A DNA stretch of 64,000 bases from Takakia lepidozioides (lineage: Eukaryota > Plantae > Bryophyta), in contig CM060733.1 in assembly GCA_030704615.1 (NCBI GenBank), forward strand, positions 69,812,001-69,876,000. The letters run 5' to 3'. A program made the translations under genes and the position numbers. The notes under the pieces were generated by a model. It searched no databases. It had not been told where the DNA came from and saw only the letters and a program-made list of their open reading frames with translations. Positions 12,301 through 24,700 of this stretch are shown one piece after another (the stretch's first letter is position 1; every line of letters starts with the position of its first letter).

Positions 12301-13572
12301 GGCGTGCTAAGCGCTGCTCCATGGCCACCATCCCCAGAACGCACAACAATCACCACTTGGTCAAAGTATTTGTGGGGCTCCCTCTCCAGATTCTCAGGCC
12401 CTTGCAGAACTGGTGCACTGACTTTGGTGAGTGCACAGGCTGCTCTTACATCAAATGTCTTTGTGGCTTCATAACTTTGCCTACCTTCACCCATTCCCCA
12501 CCCTGTAAAATAGCGGTCTTGACATTTGCACTCAGGCTGAACAGTGGAAGAAAGAGACACACTTTTATCACTTCAACAGGAAACCCAAAGTGATTATGGG
12601 AAAGAGCATGTAACAAACAATTAACAAGAAGAAACACCCCCAAAAATCAGTGCACAAACGTCTTTAATAAGAGACAGTGAGACAACTATTGCTAAAGTCT
12701 TGGTCCCATGGTGGGCTCTACCTTTGCAAACAAAAGTATTTCTTGCCTTCCAGAGATTCTTTTTAAGAGGCTATGCCAAAGCACAAATTGATTCTAGGAA
12801 TTGACCTCAGATATGAGTTTCAGAGAGGGTTGCGTCTTTGGCCAGAGCGTAGAGGATGGCAACCAAGAGGTGTGCAGTAACAGTCTTAAGATGAAAGCTC
12901 TTTACTGTAAAATTTACTATTTGAAGGCAAGGAGCCAGCTCTGACCTGAAGGTTCACCACTGTACCCTAAGTGAGAAACCAACAAGGTACTGCTTATACC
13001 TTACTGATTTGTAGAAGATGAGTAACAACCAGGTTCAACTAGCGCTTAGCTTTGTGGTCCATGAAATTCTTCCCAACCTAAGTGCCTTTGATTTCATTTC
13101 TTTTAAATGCACCCACTTACAGAGATTGCAAATGCAGAGAGACAGGAAGTGCATCTTCTCTATCTTAATTTCATTACCTGCGTCTTATTATTGCGGAATC
13201 ATAGCCTGCCGTGACAAAGCAGCAACATGAACACGCAGGGTAATTACATGCTCACGGAGTAATCGTCTTACAGGATAGCAGTTTGATGCAGTTAGCATCC
13301 AAGTGACCCAACAAAGGACCACAGCCTACAGACGGCCGCACTCGCACTCAAGCCATCATAACATGGGAAGTTGTTGCAGAGAGTAATAGAACGTGGCAGG
13401 GGATGGAAAAACAGATACCTGGGCAGCTAGTCTTGTGAAATTTAAGCGGAAGAGAGTGAGTGGAAAGTTGCGTCCAAGCTGGCATTCTCCACACGATTTT
13501 GCCAGATTCTACCCATACTGCATTGCTAACTGGTGGCCCTATCTTACTCAGCGGCCTCAACTGAAAATCCAT
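7939..13572 (-). CDS. OBGC2: OBG-family GTPase, OBGC2-like (probably organelle-targeted)
   Basis: Exons approx. 13572-13419 (putative transit peptide), 12502-12008 ([21 protein letters not shown]), 11887-11793, 10949-10866, 10714-10637 ([14 protein letters not shown]), 9706-9504 ([17 protein letters not shown]), 9177-9070 ([10 protein letters not shown]), 8935-8861 (NKLD), 8521-8244 and 8080-7939. Splice phases are consistent. The first exon and start codon are less certain. Confidence 0.88.
8631..8790 (-). mobile_element. Two stacked short 3'-tail copies of a (TC)n-tailed LINE family in an OBG intron
   Basis: The minus strand reads ...GGGGTCAATGGCCGTAAGGCTATGGCAAG...ATGAGTACATTCTCTCT and then CTACAGCAAACAGCGTCTTATGAGTACAT(TC)n. 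These match the tails at 10022-10152, 10562-10616 and 35384-35458. Confidence 0.75.
9218..9334 (-). repeat. Short LINE-tail copy beside a (GA)n/(TC)n microsatellite
   Basis: AATGTACTCGTAAGACGTTTGCTGTAGC at ~9241-9268 lies between two GA repeats. Long (GA)n at ~9280-9334. Confidence 0.75.
10022..10557 (-). mobile_element. 5'-truncated non-LTR retrotransposon 3' end (ORF2 C-terminal cysteine region plus duplicated 3' tail), RTEX/CR1-like
   Basis: The ORF reads [12 protein letters not shown]...[14 protein letters not shown]...IWKTR, typical of a LINE ORF2 C-terminus. It is followed by two tandem tails GGCC(A/T)CAAGGCTA(T/C)GGCAAACAAC...GAGT..ATTCTCTTTCTC. A further tail copy sits at 10562-10616. 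The clade assignment is inferred. Confidence 0.75.
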
Positions 13573-14848
13573 GTGTGAGAGATAGAGAGAGAGAGAGAGT
13601 ATATTCAAAGTATGGATTTGCTATACAGAGGCCAATCAGAGAAAAAAATGGGTCCTGACCTCCACGGCGAAATAAGGAGCCAAAATCAGACCTTCATATA
13701 CGAAGGCAGAAGGAGGCGCAAGTCGAAGGGTGTTTTGTAGATTTTTGGGTAGTCGTCACACCCTATACTAGTAATTGGCTAACCAACAAGATATCTCGTA
13801 AGAGTAAGCGAGTACATTGCGCCAGGGTGTTAGTGGTCATCTTCACCACAGTGGCGCACGGACGGATGGACCCATCGAAGATCTGAGGTGAAGGCAATAT
13901 TACAAGGTCTGAAAAATCCACAAAAGGGGCGCTCAAAGCGTTGTTAGGCCCCGGCCGCACCGCACTGCTAACGTCTGTTAGGCTAGTGCCTAACTACTAC
14001 TTATAATCATGGATATTATTAGAGTAGTTAAAGGGAAATAAGTGAGTTCAAGGCATGGCTGGTGCAGTGCGGCAGTGCAGGATGGGGCCCATGATTTGCA
14101 CATCAGTTGAAAATTCCTCTCTTGCAAGGAAGCTTGTGGCGTCTCTACGTGCAGGCCAGGTCAGGTATGGATTTGGTTGCACTTCACCCTTGGAATGCGG
14201 TAAAACCCATAGAGGTATGGCCTGCACATTTAAACCCATGCAAGGCAAAATGCAGATGCATTGACCTGCTAAGATAGAGATGTTTGAGCTGGCACAGCAC
14301 TTCTAGCAGATTTGATTTGTAAGAGGAGGCCTCCAAACGCTTTCAAGATGAGCTAATCTCCAGGACATGCTGCTTTGGTTGTTAGGATTGCATGCTCCTC
14401 CAGACCAAAACTAAAATGTGCTCAATGGGATTTTATACCTTCCTTGCCCGAAACCGCAGATGCTCCATCTGCCCTCTTTCCTTTTTTTTGGTCTTTCTCT
14501 GCAAACATGTGGGTACCTACCTATATGGCACGGTTGAAGGCTGGCGAAAAAATCCATGCGGTATTGGTGGGGTGATTGGCGCGACTGGTGTTGCAGTTAG
14601 CCACAGTTTTCAACTATAGATTTAGTCTATCTCTCATTTTCACATTGTCGCATGCAGGGACTAGGACGTTAAGATAACGGCAATTGAGAGGAGTCGGTAT
14701 GTGCTCCATGGTTGAATCCTGCACTGCACAGGTCATGACGTAATAACTAGAGAGATGGAGATGACTATCTGTTTGCCATTTCCAATTCGGCGACTTTGAG
14801 AGACACGATACTCATGAAGAAAAACTGTTTCGGGCAGGAATTCGTGCG

Positions 14849-14874
14849 GAGAGAGAGAGAGAGAGAGAGAGAGA
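14849..14874 (+). repeat. (GA)n microsatellite upstream of the orphan gene ATG
   Basis: Direct GA repeat ~55 bp upstream of the ATG at 14930. Confidence 0.8.
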
Positions 14875-14929
14875 GCTATAAAAGCTCTTAACAGTCACAC
14901 GGAAAGACGGGACGAGTTTTGGTTCCAAG

Positions 14930-17900
14930 ATGGCAAACAAGCTTAAGCAAATGGTCACCATAGCTGAGCCACTGGAACAGAAAGAGCCATCAAAAGAGTC
15001 AACAAAGAAGAAAGGCATGAGATTCAAAACATGGAGCGATGTGAGAAGCGAGCTAGGCTTGTATGATCCGCCTTCGCCACGCACCGTGGAACGAAAGCGT
15101 AAGCAAAATCATACGATCAGCAGCGTATGTGTCTACATCCCCTCTTTTCTTATGTGAAACCCACTAGCGATTGCTAGACTACAAACAGAATGTTTACACT
15201 TTGTTAATGCTTGACAGAGTCAATTGCATACTTTAAAGCAAGAAAGAAATGATCTGCACTACTGATAGTTTTTCTGCCTTGTCTCTCATCCAAATATACA
15301 CCTAATGACCATGAAATTCCACTTTTCTTGTGATGGTGAAGTTGCAACAGTGAACATGCAGGCTGACATGGTTGCTCCCTTCTTAGATAATTGCGGGGAT
15401 GAAGCTGAGCCCGCGGATATTCAAGGGCGCGGAGACTGTCGAACCAAAGGGGTGGAAGGCAAGCCCCAATGCACAGCAAAGTCCACTGTTGAGGAAGATT
15501 AAGAGGCGCATGCGGGAGCGCAAGGTGCAGATGAAGGCCTTCACCAGCAACCAGCTCTTTGAAAATGTGTTTGCGGTACAATCCTTCCCTGGTGGAACAG
15601 GCTATCTCAGAGAACATGTACAAATTAGCCACACAGTCATGAAATCCTGCGGCATGGATCTGACACCCAGCAAAGATGATGCAAAGAGAAGTGGGGGAGG
15701 ATCTGGGTCTGTGAGGGAGCAATCTGAGAGGGCCCAGGTAATTGGGGAAGGTGGGGGAGGCAAATTGATGAGCAGAAGGGATTAAGAAAATCTCTGAGCT
15801 TATGAATTTATTTTATTGATTGTGGACCACTAATTTGGATAATAGTGAATAGGGAGATGTGGTGAAACGTCGGACTAGACAAAGCGAGAGATTGCATCAA
15901 CACAAAATCACAGGTGCTATGTTTTGACACTACATACTGATGACAAGTTGCTGCACTACTGTACCTAACTTTCTAAGGACCTCAATGTTAATTGGTTAGA
16001 TTCCAGAAAGTACGGAGGACCATCGTCGTATATCTGAAGAGACAGTTATGGCAAGTAAAGTGGAAGTGGTAGCTCGTGAAATTATCAGCAAGACGGCCTA
16101 TTACCAGAACAGGTCTTTGTACAAAACCAGAGTCTCCAATCATCATACTTGTCTGATGGTCAATCAGCATCATGTTTAAATTAAGCTTCCCATCTCCCCT
16201 TTGCGCGGTCGTGTGCTCTTCTTTGAGGCAAACATGAAGGACAGATAGTGTGCTTTCATCTCAAAGTAGTTAAGGGCAAGATGATCAGACCTGTGCGCGC
16301 TTGAGGTGCCTCGGGAAGCTTTTGAATGGAGTTTGTGTTTGCAGAGCACAGGAGGGAGTTTGGGCTCAGTTGGGAAAGCCCTATGAGTGCCTGGGCGTGC
16401 CATGTGTTACTATAGCCAAGGATTGTCCGTTGCCTGAGATTGGACACCATGAGGATGATGAATCAGACAAGGCCTCATTTCAGTTTTTCCCAGAGCCCAC
16501 TTCTGAGAAGAGGCTACAAGCAGATGGTTATACAGAGGAGAAGGTCCCACAGTTTAAATGCAAGCGGGACATTGTCCTGCGATATGCCAGGGCCAGCTCT
16601 AATATGACACGCATGCTTGTGAAAATGGGTCTCATGGATTTGCATGGTAAAGGCTGATAACCGTCCACTGTATTGCCTTCAAGTTGCATCCCATCCCCAA
16701 TTATAAGTTTATCTATGAAGGATCGTGATATGCTGTGGGCAGTTTCACATACTAAGTTGGGAAGAGGATCAAGAGAGGAGTCCACAATGCCTCTTCTGGC
16801 ACTTATGGGCATGTGAAGATGCTTCATGGCTTGTACCACAGAAAACGATCAACATGGGAGGTGAAAATGTATAAACACATTGTCCTAAAATGGAGGGGAG
16901 GTTGATGTTTGGAGACAGATTCAGAGCATGTCAGGTTCCCACGACCACAGATTTTAGTTTCTGATATCATCAAGAAGACTATAAAGGTGAGGTCACCAGT
17001 CCAATGCTTTGCCTGTTCTCACATGTGTTTGCATTAACCTGTTCCCCTCTTGCAATGTAGGATCCAGCAATTTTTCCTTTAGTTGTTAGAGTAGCCACAT
17101 GGGCACTGTATAGTCCAGGGGTTGGCGTCGGCGATATTTTATATCATCCTTTTGGAACTGACTCCCACATGCAGAAGGGGGGTACATTTCCAGAAGAGTA
17201 TGCAGTAAGTATGATGGAATCACCTCCAAGAACGCTGACCGTGGTACCTGTCGAAGGTATGACAATTGCCAGCATCAACCTTCTCAAATTTGCAACTTGT
17301 GGCTCATAGCAGTGCAACAATTCTTTATTTGGAGGGTACTCAACGAAGCTCTTTAAATGTTGAACTTGTGATTTGCACAGGTGAAAACTTCATCCTTGGT
17401 CCTAGTGGAGAACAAATCCCTTTTATAGGGGAGAGGTAATCTAGCTCTTAAGCCCTTGTGAATGGCCATGATGGGTTACTGGTTGTTTCTATTTTATGGA
17501 TATCGATGCTGGCTCCAGATTAGTGATGCTGAAGCTTGCCATGGTGAGCCATGGTCTCTTGACCCACCAGACAGAATTTTGAAAGAGAACTGAATCTGGA
17601 AGATAGAACCGATAGGTCAACATCATTAAATTTGGTGCTAATCTTGACTTGTCTTCTCTTTGCAACTGAAAGTCCTGTAGGCAGTTAACCATCCCATTGT
17701 GAGGTGTGAGATTTCAGTTATCAGGGTATGATGCCCTAGTGTCCAAGTGCAGCCATGGCAATCTTGGTTCCTGGGTATACTGAAGGCCCCTTCAATGGCA
17801 GTTATTTCCAGGATACCATGCTGGGTGGAGTTAAGGGAAGTACACATACCCACAGAAGCCTCTGGAAACCGGAGAGGGACAATGCAGAAGCCCCCAAAAC

Positions 17901-20008
17901 ATCAATGTGTGAGCTATTTGAATTTCTAGGGAAGTGGAATCAGTGTGGTTGCAGAAAGAAGATTCACACTGTGTTTTGGTGTGTGTGATGTGTGCAGCAT
18001 ACAGTCTCCCTCTCCGACAAAGCCAGTACGATTCTCTGCTTTGCTCTTCATTGTCTCTCTCCCACATTTAGATGAGTACAAGTACATCGACCCTAATGGT
18101 ACCCTAGTGTTGCACATCTACACATGCGCCCTACTATTGCATGTGGAATGTTCAGGAAACATGATAAGCAGCACATTGTGGAGGGCTTTGCTGGATGATG
18201 GTTTGATGGTGGGAACGAAAGTGGATGACAGGGGGAGTCGCCGTTACCTACAATAAAAGAGGAAGAGTCAGACAAAGTGTCGCTAACAGTTTCTGCAAAG
18301 TCTTCCGAGGTTCACAAAGGGTCTAAGGTGTGTAATCTCACACCAAAATCTCTCTCTGTCGATTTGTAAGGGATGCATGAATGGCAGTTTGCAGATATTA
18401 CTGGCCTGCAAGCCTCAATTTCCCAGGAGGTGTGCATTTAGTCATACATAAGATTTTAGGTGGAGGATAGGTTGTTAGTCTGAATGGGATAGACGTGAGA
18501 GCTGAATGCAGCCTTCCATTGTTGTGATCACGCATGCAGGAAGGGCGGGTTACGCTAACCCCAAAAACTCCCCCCCCCCGCGATGACTCCCTTGTAAGTC
18601 CCTGCACCTCTTTACCATAATTATTGGTCCTAAACTATGCCTTTCTGAAATTAGTCATTGCATTGTCCCTCCCAGAATTGCACATGATCGTCATGTAGCA
18701 ACCTATTTTGGAGGGATTTCTGCTGCTAAAACATCTTCGCTTCTCTTCTTGGCCAGAAGGTCTTGTTGTTGGTATTTATGAGTATGGCAACTAGAAAGAA
18801 TTGACGGATGTCCAGGACCATGATGACTCTCTGTTGCACAGGAGCCACCTGTCTCCTCCCCTGTCTTACACCACCTTCTTTTGTGGCACTCTGGAAAGGA
18901 TTGAAGGGCTCTCATGATGGAAACTGTTATGAATCATGGGGCAAAGGGCCAAGTAGGATTGTCCTTTGCCTCAGTTCTCACTCTACCACAAAGAAGTCTA
19001 ACTGACTACACGGGTACAGGTATTTGGGTGGAAGAAGAAAATTTTGACATTGCGCAAGAGCCTGGAACACGATTTACATTTGAAGCTGATTGCACGGTCA
19101 GACCGTCGTGAACATTGGCGAGCGTCCTCTCCATTCTCTGCTGAAGTACACACCTCCTCTTGTTGGGCTGAATGTCTTTCAACCTCGGCTGCTATTTGTT
19201 GTGTGTTTGTTACCAGAATCATCCTTAAAGGAGGAAAGGGAGCCAACCACTATAGGTCTCCCTTTTAAAGTTTGTGTCATTATCTACTTGGGGTGTATGC
19301 TTCATGCTGTTAGATGATGGACTCCATGTAGGGTTAAGCCTTATCCTTGGAAGCTATAGAATGTGCCAGTGGTTGGTGGGTTGACTGTTAAATATGCAAA
19401 ACTGTACTGTGTTTTAGGGTGACTCATCACGCCTAGAGTCTGGCAAGGCATCCTCTCAATCACTGGTTTTGCACACCTGGGGTAAGGAGCACTCGTGGGA
19501 GAAGAGGGTAGTTGAGCACTGGAAGTGTACCATGGCAGGTGGCTGACAAGATGATGGGACAGCTGCACCGCTCTGGGGGCCGCCAAAGCCCCAATACGAC
19601 CTACATATGGTAGGGTGTGTGCTCAAGATTGACTTGACTTATTATCAACATGTCTCAATGAAGCATCAATTGCAGGGTGAAAGATATGATAGGAAGGCCT
19701 TAAATCACATTTAGACTGAAAGAGAGCACAAGCTGTGGAGCAGGTAGATATGATACATAGACATGCAAATGAAGTTTGTTGCACAGGAAACACTGTTATT
19801 GTGGATGGTCAATGACTTGCACTTGTTTGCCAACATAAGGAAGGAGGCAGAGGAGAGGCATGTGATGCATATGCCACGGAAGGAGATTGAGTACGAGTCA
19901 GAGGTAGAGAGTATCAACAGGTTCTATGAGCGCGTGTGTACGTTCACCAATCATCAGAGGATGGCCGATCCTTTAATGGATGTTCTTATTTATTTCTTAA
20001 AAAAGTAA
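14930..20008 (+). CDS. Uncharacterised multi-exon protein-coding gene (no recognisable domain)
   Basis: Phase-consistent GT-AG exons at 14930-15124, 15387-15737, 16000-16112, 16345-16646, 16919-16986, 17061-17256 and 17381-17435. Likely further exons at 17519-17543, 17681-17725, 17812-17908 and from 18072. Probable last exon ~19761-20008 (MQMKFVAQETLLLW...DVLIYFLKK*). The exon chain between ~18.1 and 19.7 kb is unresolved. Confidence 0.65.
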
Positions 20009-21711
20009 GCTTCTCTTGAGCCCATCACAAGTTTGCCTTCATCGGAATTGTGTCTCATTTTTCTTATTTCACACTGTAGCTCAACTTTAGGGCTGGTGTA
20101 TGTGGCTGTACGTATGGGCTTGTGTATCTTCGATAGAAACAAAGGGGTAGGCATACTGCTAAGGTTGTCTTCTCTCACGCAGCCTGTTGGAGGACGGGTG
20201 TAAGATGAACAGTAATATGCTGCTAAGGCTCTGTCAGAGCCTTGCTCGAGTTCCTGGTACGTGCCTCTGAACTTTGTGTAGCAGTGATAAAGCAGTGGAG
20301 CTTTCCCCATAGTTGATAGAAGTGCATGGCATGTTCCAGAAATGTAATGACAGTTCAGAAACCATCAGAAATGATCCTCCATGTTTCTTTCTTTCTTCCT
20401 TTCTTCTGCTTGAGGCATTGATCTAAGAATGCTTTTGGAACTTTCAGTCTTTTAGGCCTTCGGGCTTTCAGAGGACCTGGTTTCTTTTCTGACCTGTTTA
20501 TTCTTTTCAAGTTGCCCCATAGGCTCTCCGAGCTTTCTGTGGATGTTATGAAGTTCCTTTCCTTTCCTTCCTCTCTGCACGATTGCTAATAAATATGGTA
20601 CCTCTGGCTACAAGACTAAGGTGAACACACAAATTTGAACTACAGACATGATTTGGGGTCAGTATCATGTGAGCAACTGCTACAGTTTTCATCACTTAGC
20701 TTTGGAAATCATAGCCATGGGTTTGGACCAACAAAAAGCCCATCAATAATCAAACCAGCATATAAGGCACATAGAATGCTTTGGTGAGTCACTGGCAAAC
20801 CTCCATATCCTCACCTCATTTGGGACTCATTTTCCTGGCCAGAGGACCTTGCAAGTGTTGGGCGAATGGGGTGTGTTATGCCAATCCTTCAGTTTATGTG
20901 CAAGGAACTGCATATCACATCTATCCAGTTCCGAGATGTAATGAGTCAGTCAGGTTTGGACAGATGCAACCTCTATTAAAAGAACAAAGATTCCCCGCCT
21001 TCCGTAAAACTACATATTGCCTCCCTCAACCTTGTCCTACTGTCACATACTCCAACTGAAACTAGGTAATTTGGTGGTTCAAAACAAGGGGGATTTTCAG
21101 AAGGTTTATCACAGATGTTGATCAGATTTGAAACATTCAAAGAATTGACCTGCTGTTTGAGTGCGAAATACTGGCTCTTGCCATTCAGAACCCATTAAAG
21201 ATTGGCCGCAAGTGGTTGTATCAGATTCAATTTTGTGTTATCTTGTGCTCATCTTGTTCTAGTGAGCTGGTTAGAATTGCATGTGGCTTTTGTGATAGTT
21301 GAGCCAAGTCCGTTGAATATTTTCCAAGGTTGAAATTGTCTTCAACTGTTGTTGGATGTCATCCTCTCTTTGCGCCTAGAGAGAGCCCAATTTGTGTCTT
21401 CAATAGTTGAATAGAGTAATCGTGTCTGGAAAGTATTCTCATAATAGGCTTCATTCATAAATTTACTTCTTACACTGTTTGTCCTCCAAATGAATTCTGG
21501 AAGGTCAAACATCTGTCTGCGCCTAAACCCTTGGTGCCTTGGAGAGGGAAATATTAGACAGAAATGAGTAGGACAGGCTGGCAAAGCTGAGCATTTATTC
21601 AATGATGCTAATACTTTTAAAAAAGAATCTGTGTTTGAAGTCAACTGAAAATAGGACCTCAAATCATCAAGAAACAATCCCCAGGGTCTAGCCTTAAAGC
21701 CTAATCTCATC

Positions 21712-24700
21712 TCACATGATGGAATAACCAGGGCCTCCACCTCCTTCAGGCACGGTCCACTTGATGTTTTGCAAGGGATCCTTTATATCACAGGCCTGCC
21801 CACACAATGTGAGCTTTAGTATGGCTAGACCTACTACAGAAGATGACGAGATTTCAGGCAAGGGTGAAAAACAAAATACGACTTACCTTGCAATGGAGGC
21901 AATTTTGGGCATTGATGTTAAGTTTGAGCTTGTCCTCATCTGCTACGTACCTGCTCAATCAAAGCATGAGTAGGCTCAAACCTGATGAAGTTACTCTATC
22001 CAAGCTTTACCCAGCTCATCTATGTCTATCAACCATATGCTCCACACCGATGCAATAGACCAAAAAATGGTACACAAGGCAAAGTGAGACATGCAAATAC
22101 ACCATAACCATGTGAGGGGACAGTAAATGGTTTTGAGGAGTGTACTCATAGACGCGGGCAGGACAATAGCGCGACTCAGGAGCTGCAAATTTGGGCAAGT
22201 TAACAGCTTCTGGAACTTGAGCATCGAGGAGTTGCAAATGTGGTGGCTGATCATGCTCATGGTTCGTACTACTCCTGCATCCAGATTAATCCACGCCAGC
22301 ATCAGTATCATGTTGTTGCCCTGCGCAAGTCCCTAATTAAAGCTCTAGAGTCCCATACCCTGGTTTTCCTGTTTTCGTGGGGGCGCATGCAACAAAAGGT
22401 GACAGGGCATGATGATAGACTCTAGTGGACAATCAATCGACATCTTGGGCAAATGCAACCACAGAGGAAGAAGTGCAGGCCTATATAGAGATGTAAGTAA
22501 ATCGAAGGTGATGACGCCATCTGATTTTGGATACCGGATAGGCTTGTGTTTCACTGCAGGCTGCACAACCATCCCAACCCACTCAGTCAGCATTATATGT
22601 ATCTTGAGGCTTTGGCACCAGCTGCTAGCTAATAAATTTACCTTCAAAAAATCTGGAGAACACAAACCTGCTAACTGCTCGTAGAGGACCAATAAAGGCT
22701 TTTCCTTTTGGCACTGCATAGAGGCTCCACTATGCAGTGAGCTATATCAAAGAATGTCAGCATCAAAAACATGGCCAAGTGGTTAGGGTACATGACCCCT
22801 TACAAGTGGTCGTAGGTTCAAAGCCACATAAGTTCGTGTTAGATGTCACCCATTATGGCCAACCCAGCTATAAAAGTGGGGGTCCTGGGTGGGTACCTGA
22901 GGACTTTCGAGTAAGTCAGGGAGGTTTGGGCAACTGTGTTGTCCCAGTTATGGCCGTTGTCCACCTTCCCAATGGGAGGCAGTAGCCCTTCGAGGTGAAG
23001 AGACACCATAATTACGCTTGGGCAGGCGTCAACCTTCTAACAAGAATGTCAAGCGAACCAGTCATGGTGTGAAGTGTCAACCAACCCACATCACACAATC
23101 AGAGAGCATCTCCCACTCGGAACAGAGATCCAACTGTTCATGTAATCTTCTGCCTTGGTAACAGCTGTTTTCACAGCCACCTATCTATGACTATGAAGGT
23201 GTGACACATAGTTTGGTTAACTAGAAGATTATTTCCCACACAGCAATTTAACTGCATGCACTAACGCGACACACATCCTAGACTTCCAGGCAGGAGAGGG
23301 AGGAAGATAGCGTGTTGTGATTTACTCCAGAAATGAGTCCCTCTAGCAAGCATCGACTGTGGAGGACAACCCTTCAAACTCATCTAAGCCAAAAAATAAG
23401 ACAACCATGAGTTAACAAATGGTTCACCTCAAGGCATTCGTTGTCAGGCTGTCCATGGCGCAGAGTGTAGGGTAGCCTTCCCTTGGTCACATAACTGTCC
23501 CCATACATGTGATGCCCACATGTCAAACAGAAGCCAGTGGAAGAGAATAGTAACAAGAGAATTATATAAGAGTAGCCAAAAGGATGCAGGTGGAGAAATA
23601 CAAGGAGCTGTTACAGATATTCAACACCATTAAAAGAGCGATGACCTGACATCTAGTCTGAAGCGTGACAGTTAATATTCTAATCCAGGCAAGTTCCCTT
23701 TTGCAATCTAAAAGCAGAAAGCATGGCCTTACTGTTCCAAAGCAGCATGTGCCATGCCGGGCAGCAATCCATAATGGAAACCCTGTGTCAACCAGGTCAA
23801 ATGCTCTTGTTAAGCTTCTGGAAGTGCCGTTGTTCGGCTGACCTGACCTGGACTCGCACTCATCTCAAACTTGTACTCATAGAACAAAGGAAAAAAGTAC
23901 AAGGGCAGGGGAACAGATCATTTATCCTTGAACTGAGGGATAGTCAATTATCCTACACAATTTGATGAGGCAAAACCTGCATAATGTCGTGCCAGAAAGC
24001 TTGAACATTGTACTTGCTTATAAGATAAATTTGAGGGGAGGGGCAGTGTACGAACAGGGCGGACATTCCGACAGGCGTGCAGTTCCTCCCACACCCATGA
24101 GCGCTGCAGTGCTGGCCAATAAGCATCCATGCTCGGCTGCTCATTGCTGTGCAGTGCATCAAATGCTGCCTCTGCTGCTAGCATTCCTGCAACACGCCCT
24201 TCCGATTTCTTCACTTCTTTCTGCATTGACTAGTACAGGAAAAAACTTGCTAGTAACCTCTCCACTGCTGTCTCTCTGATGTCAAGATGTAGCCATGATT
24301 CTGCTTTTCTCACAGTACTTTCCTCTTTTGACGTTTGACTTCGCAGCTCTGCAGCAATTAAAGGTAAGACCACGCAGCATTACTGGCACTTGCATACTAG
24401 AATTGCCTACAGTAGAAGGGCTTCATGCTGAGTGTGGCCATCAAGAGCTCATCCCCTTGTATTATGCTTCCCAGGGGCAAGTCAATCGTAAACTTCACTT
24501 TGGACTGCCCTCCATATTTCCCATACAGGCCATGTGGCAAGTATCACCTGTGGCTTCAGCTCAGGAGAATGCGGTATGCACCCCTCTCTAACCCCCAACG
24601 GATAGCAGGCCATAAGTTTTAAATACATTACTATATGCAGATAGATACCAGCAGACAGACAGATGATCCCAACATTCTTGCGAGCTCGCCATTCTTGGGA

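Noticed and set aside
22760-22830. tRNA gene
   Set aside because: A and B boxes are present, but there is no intact cloverleaf and it continues into a repeated body with a TSD, so it is a SINE head.
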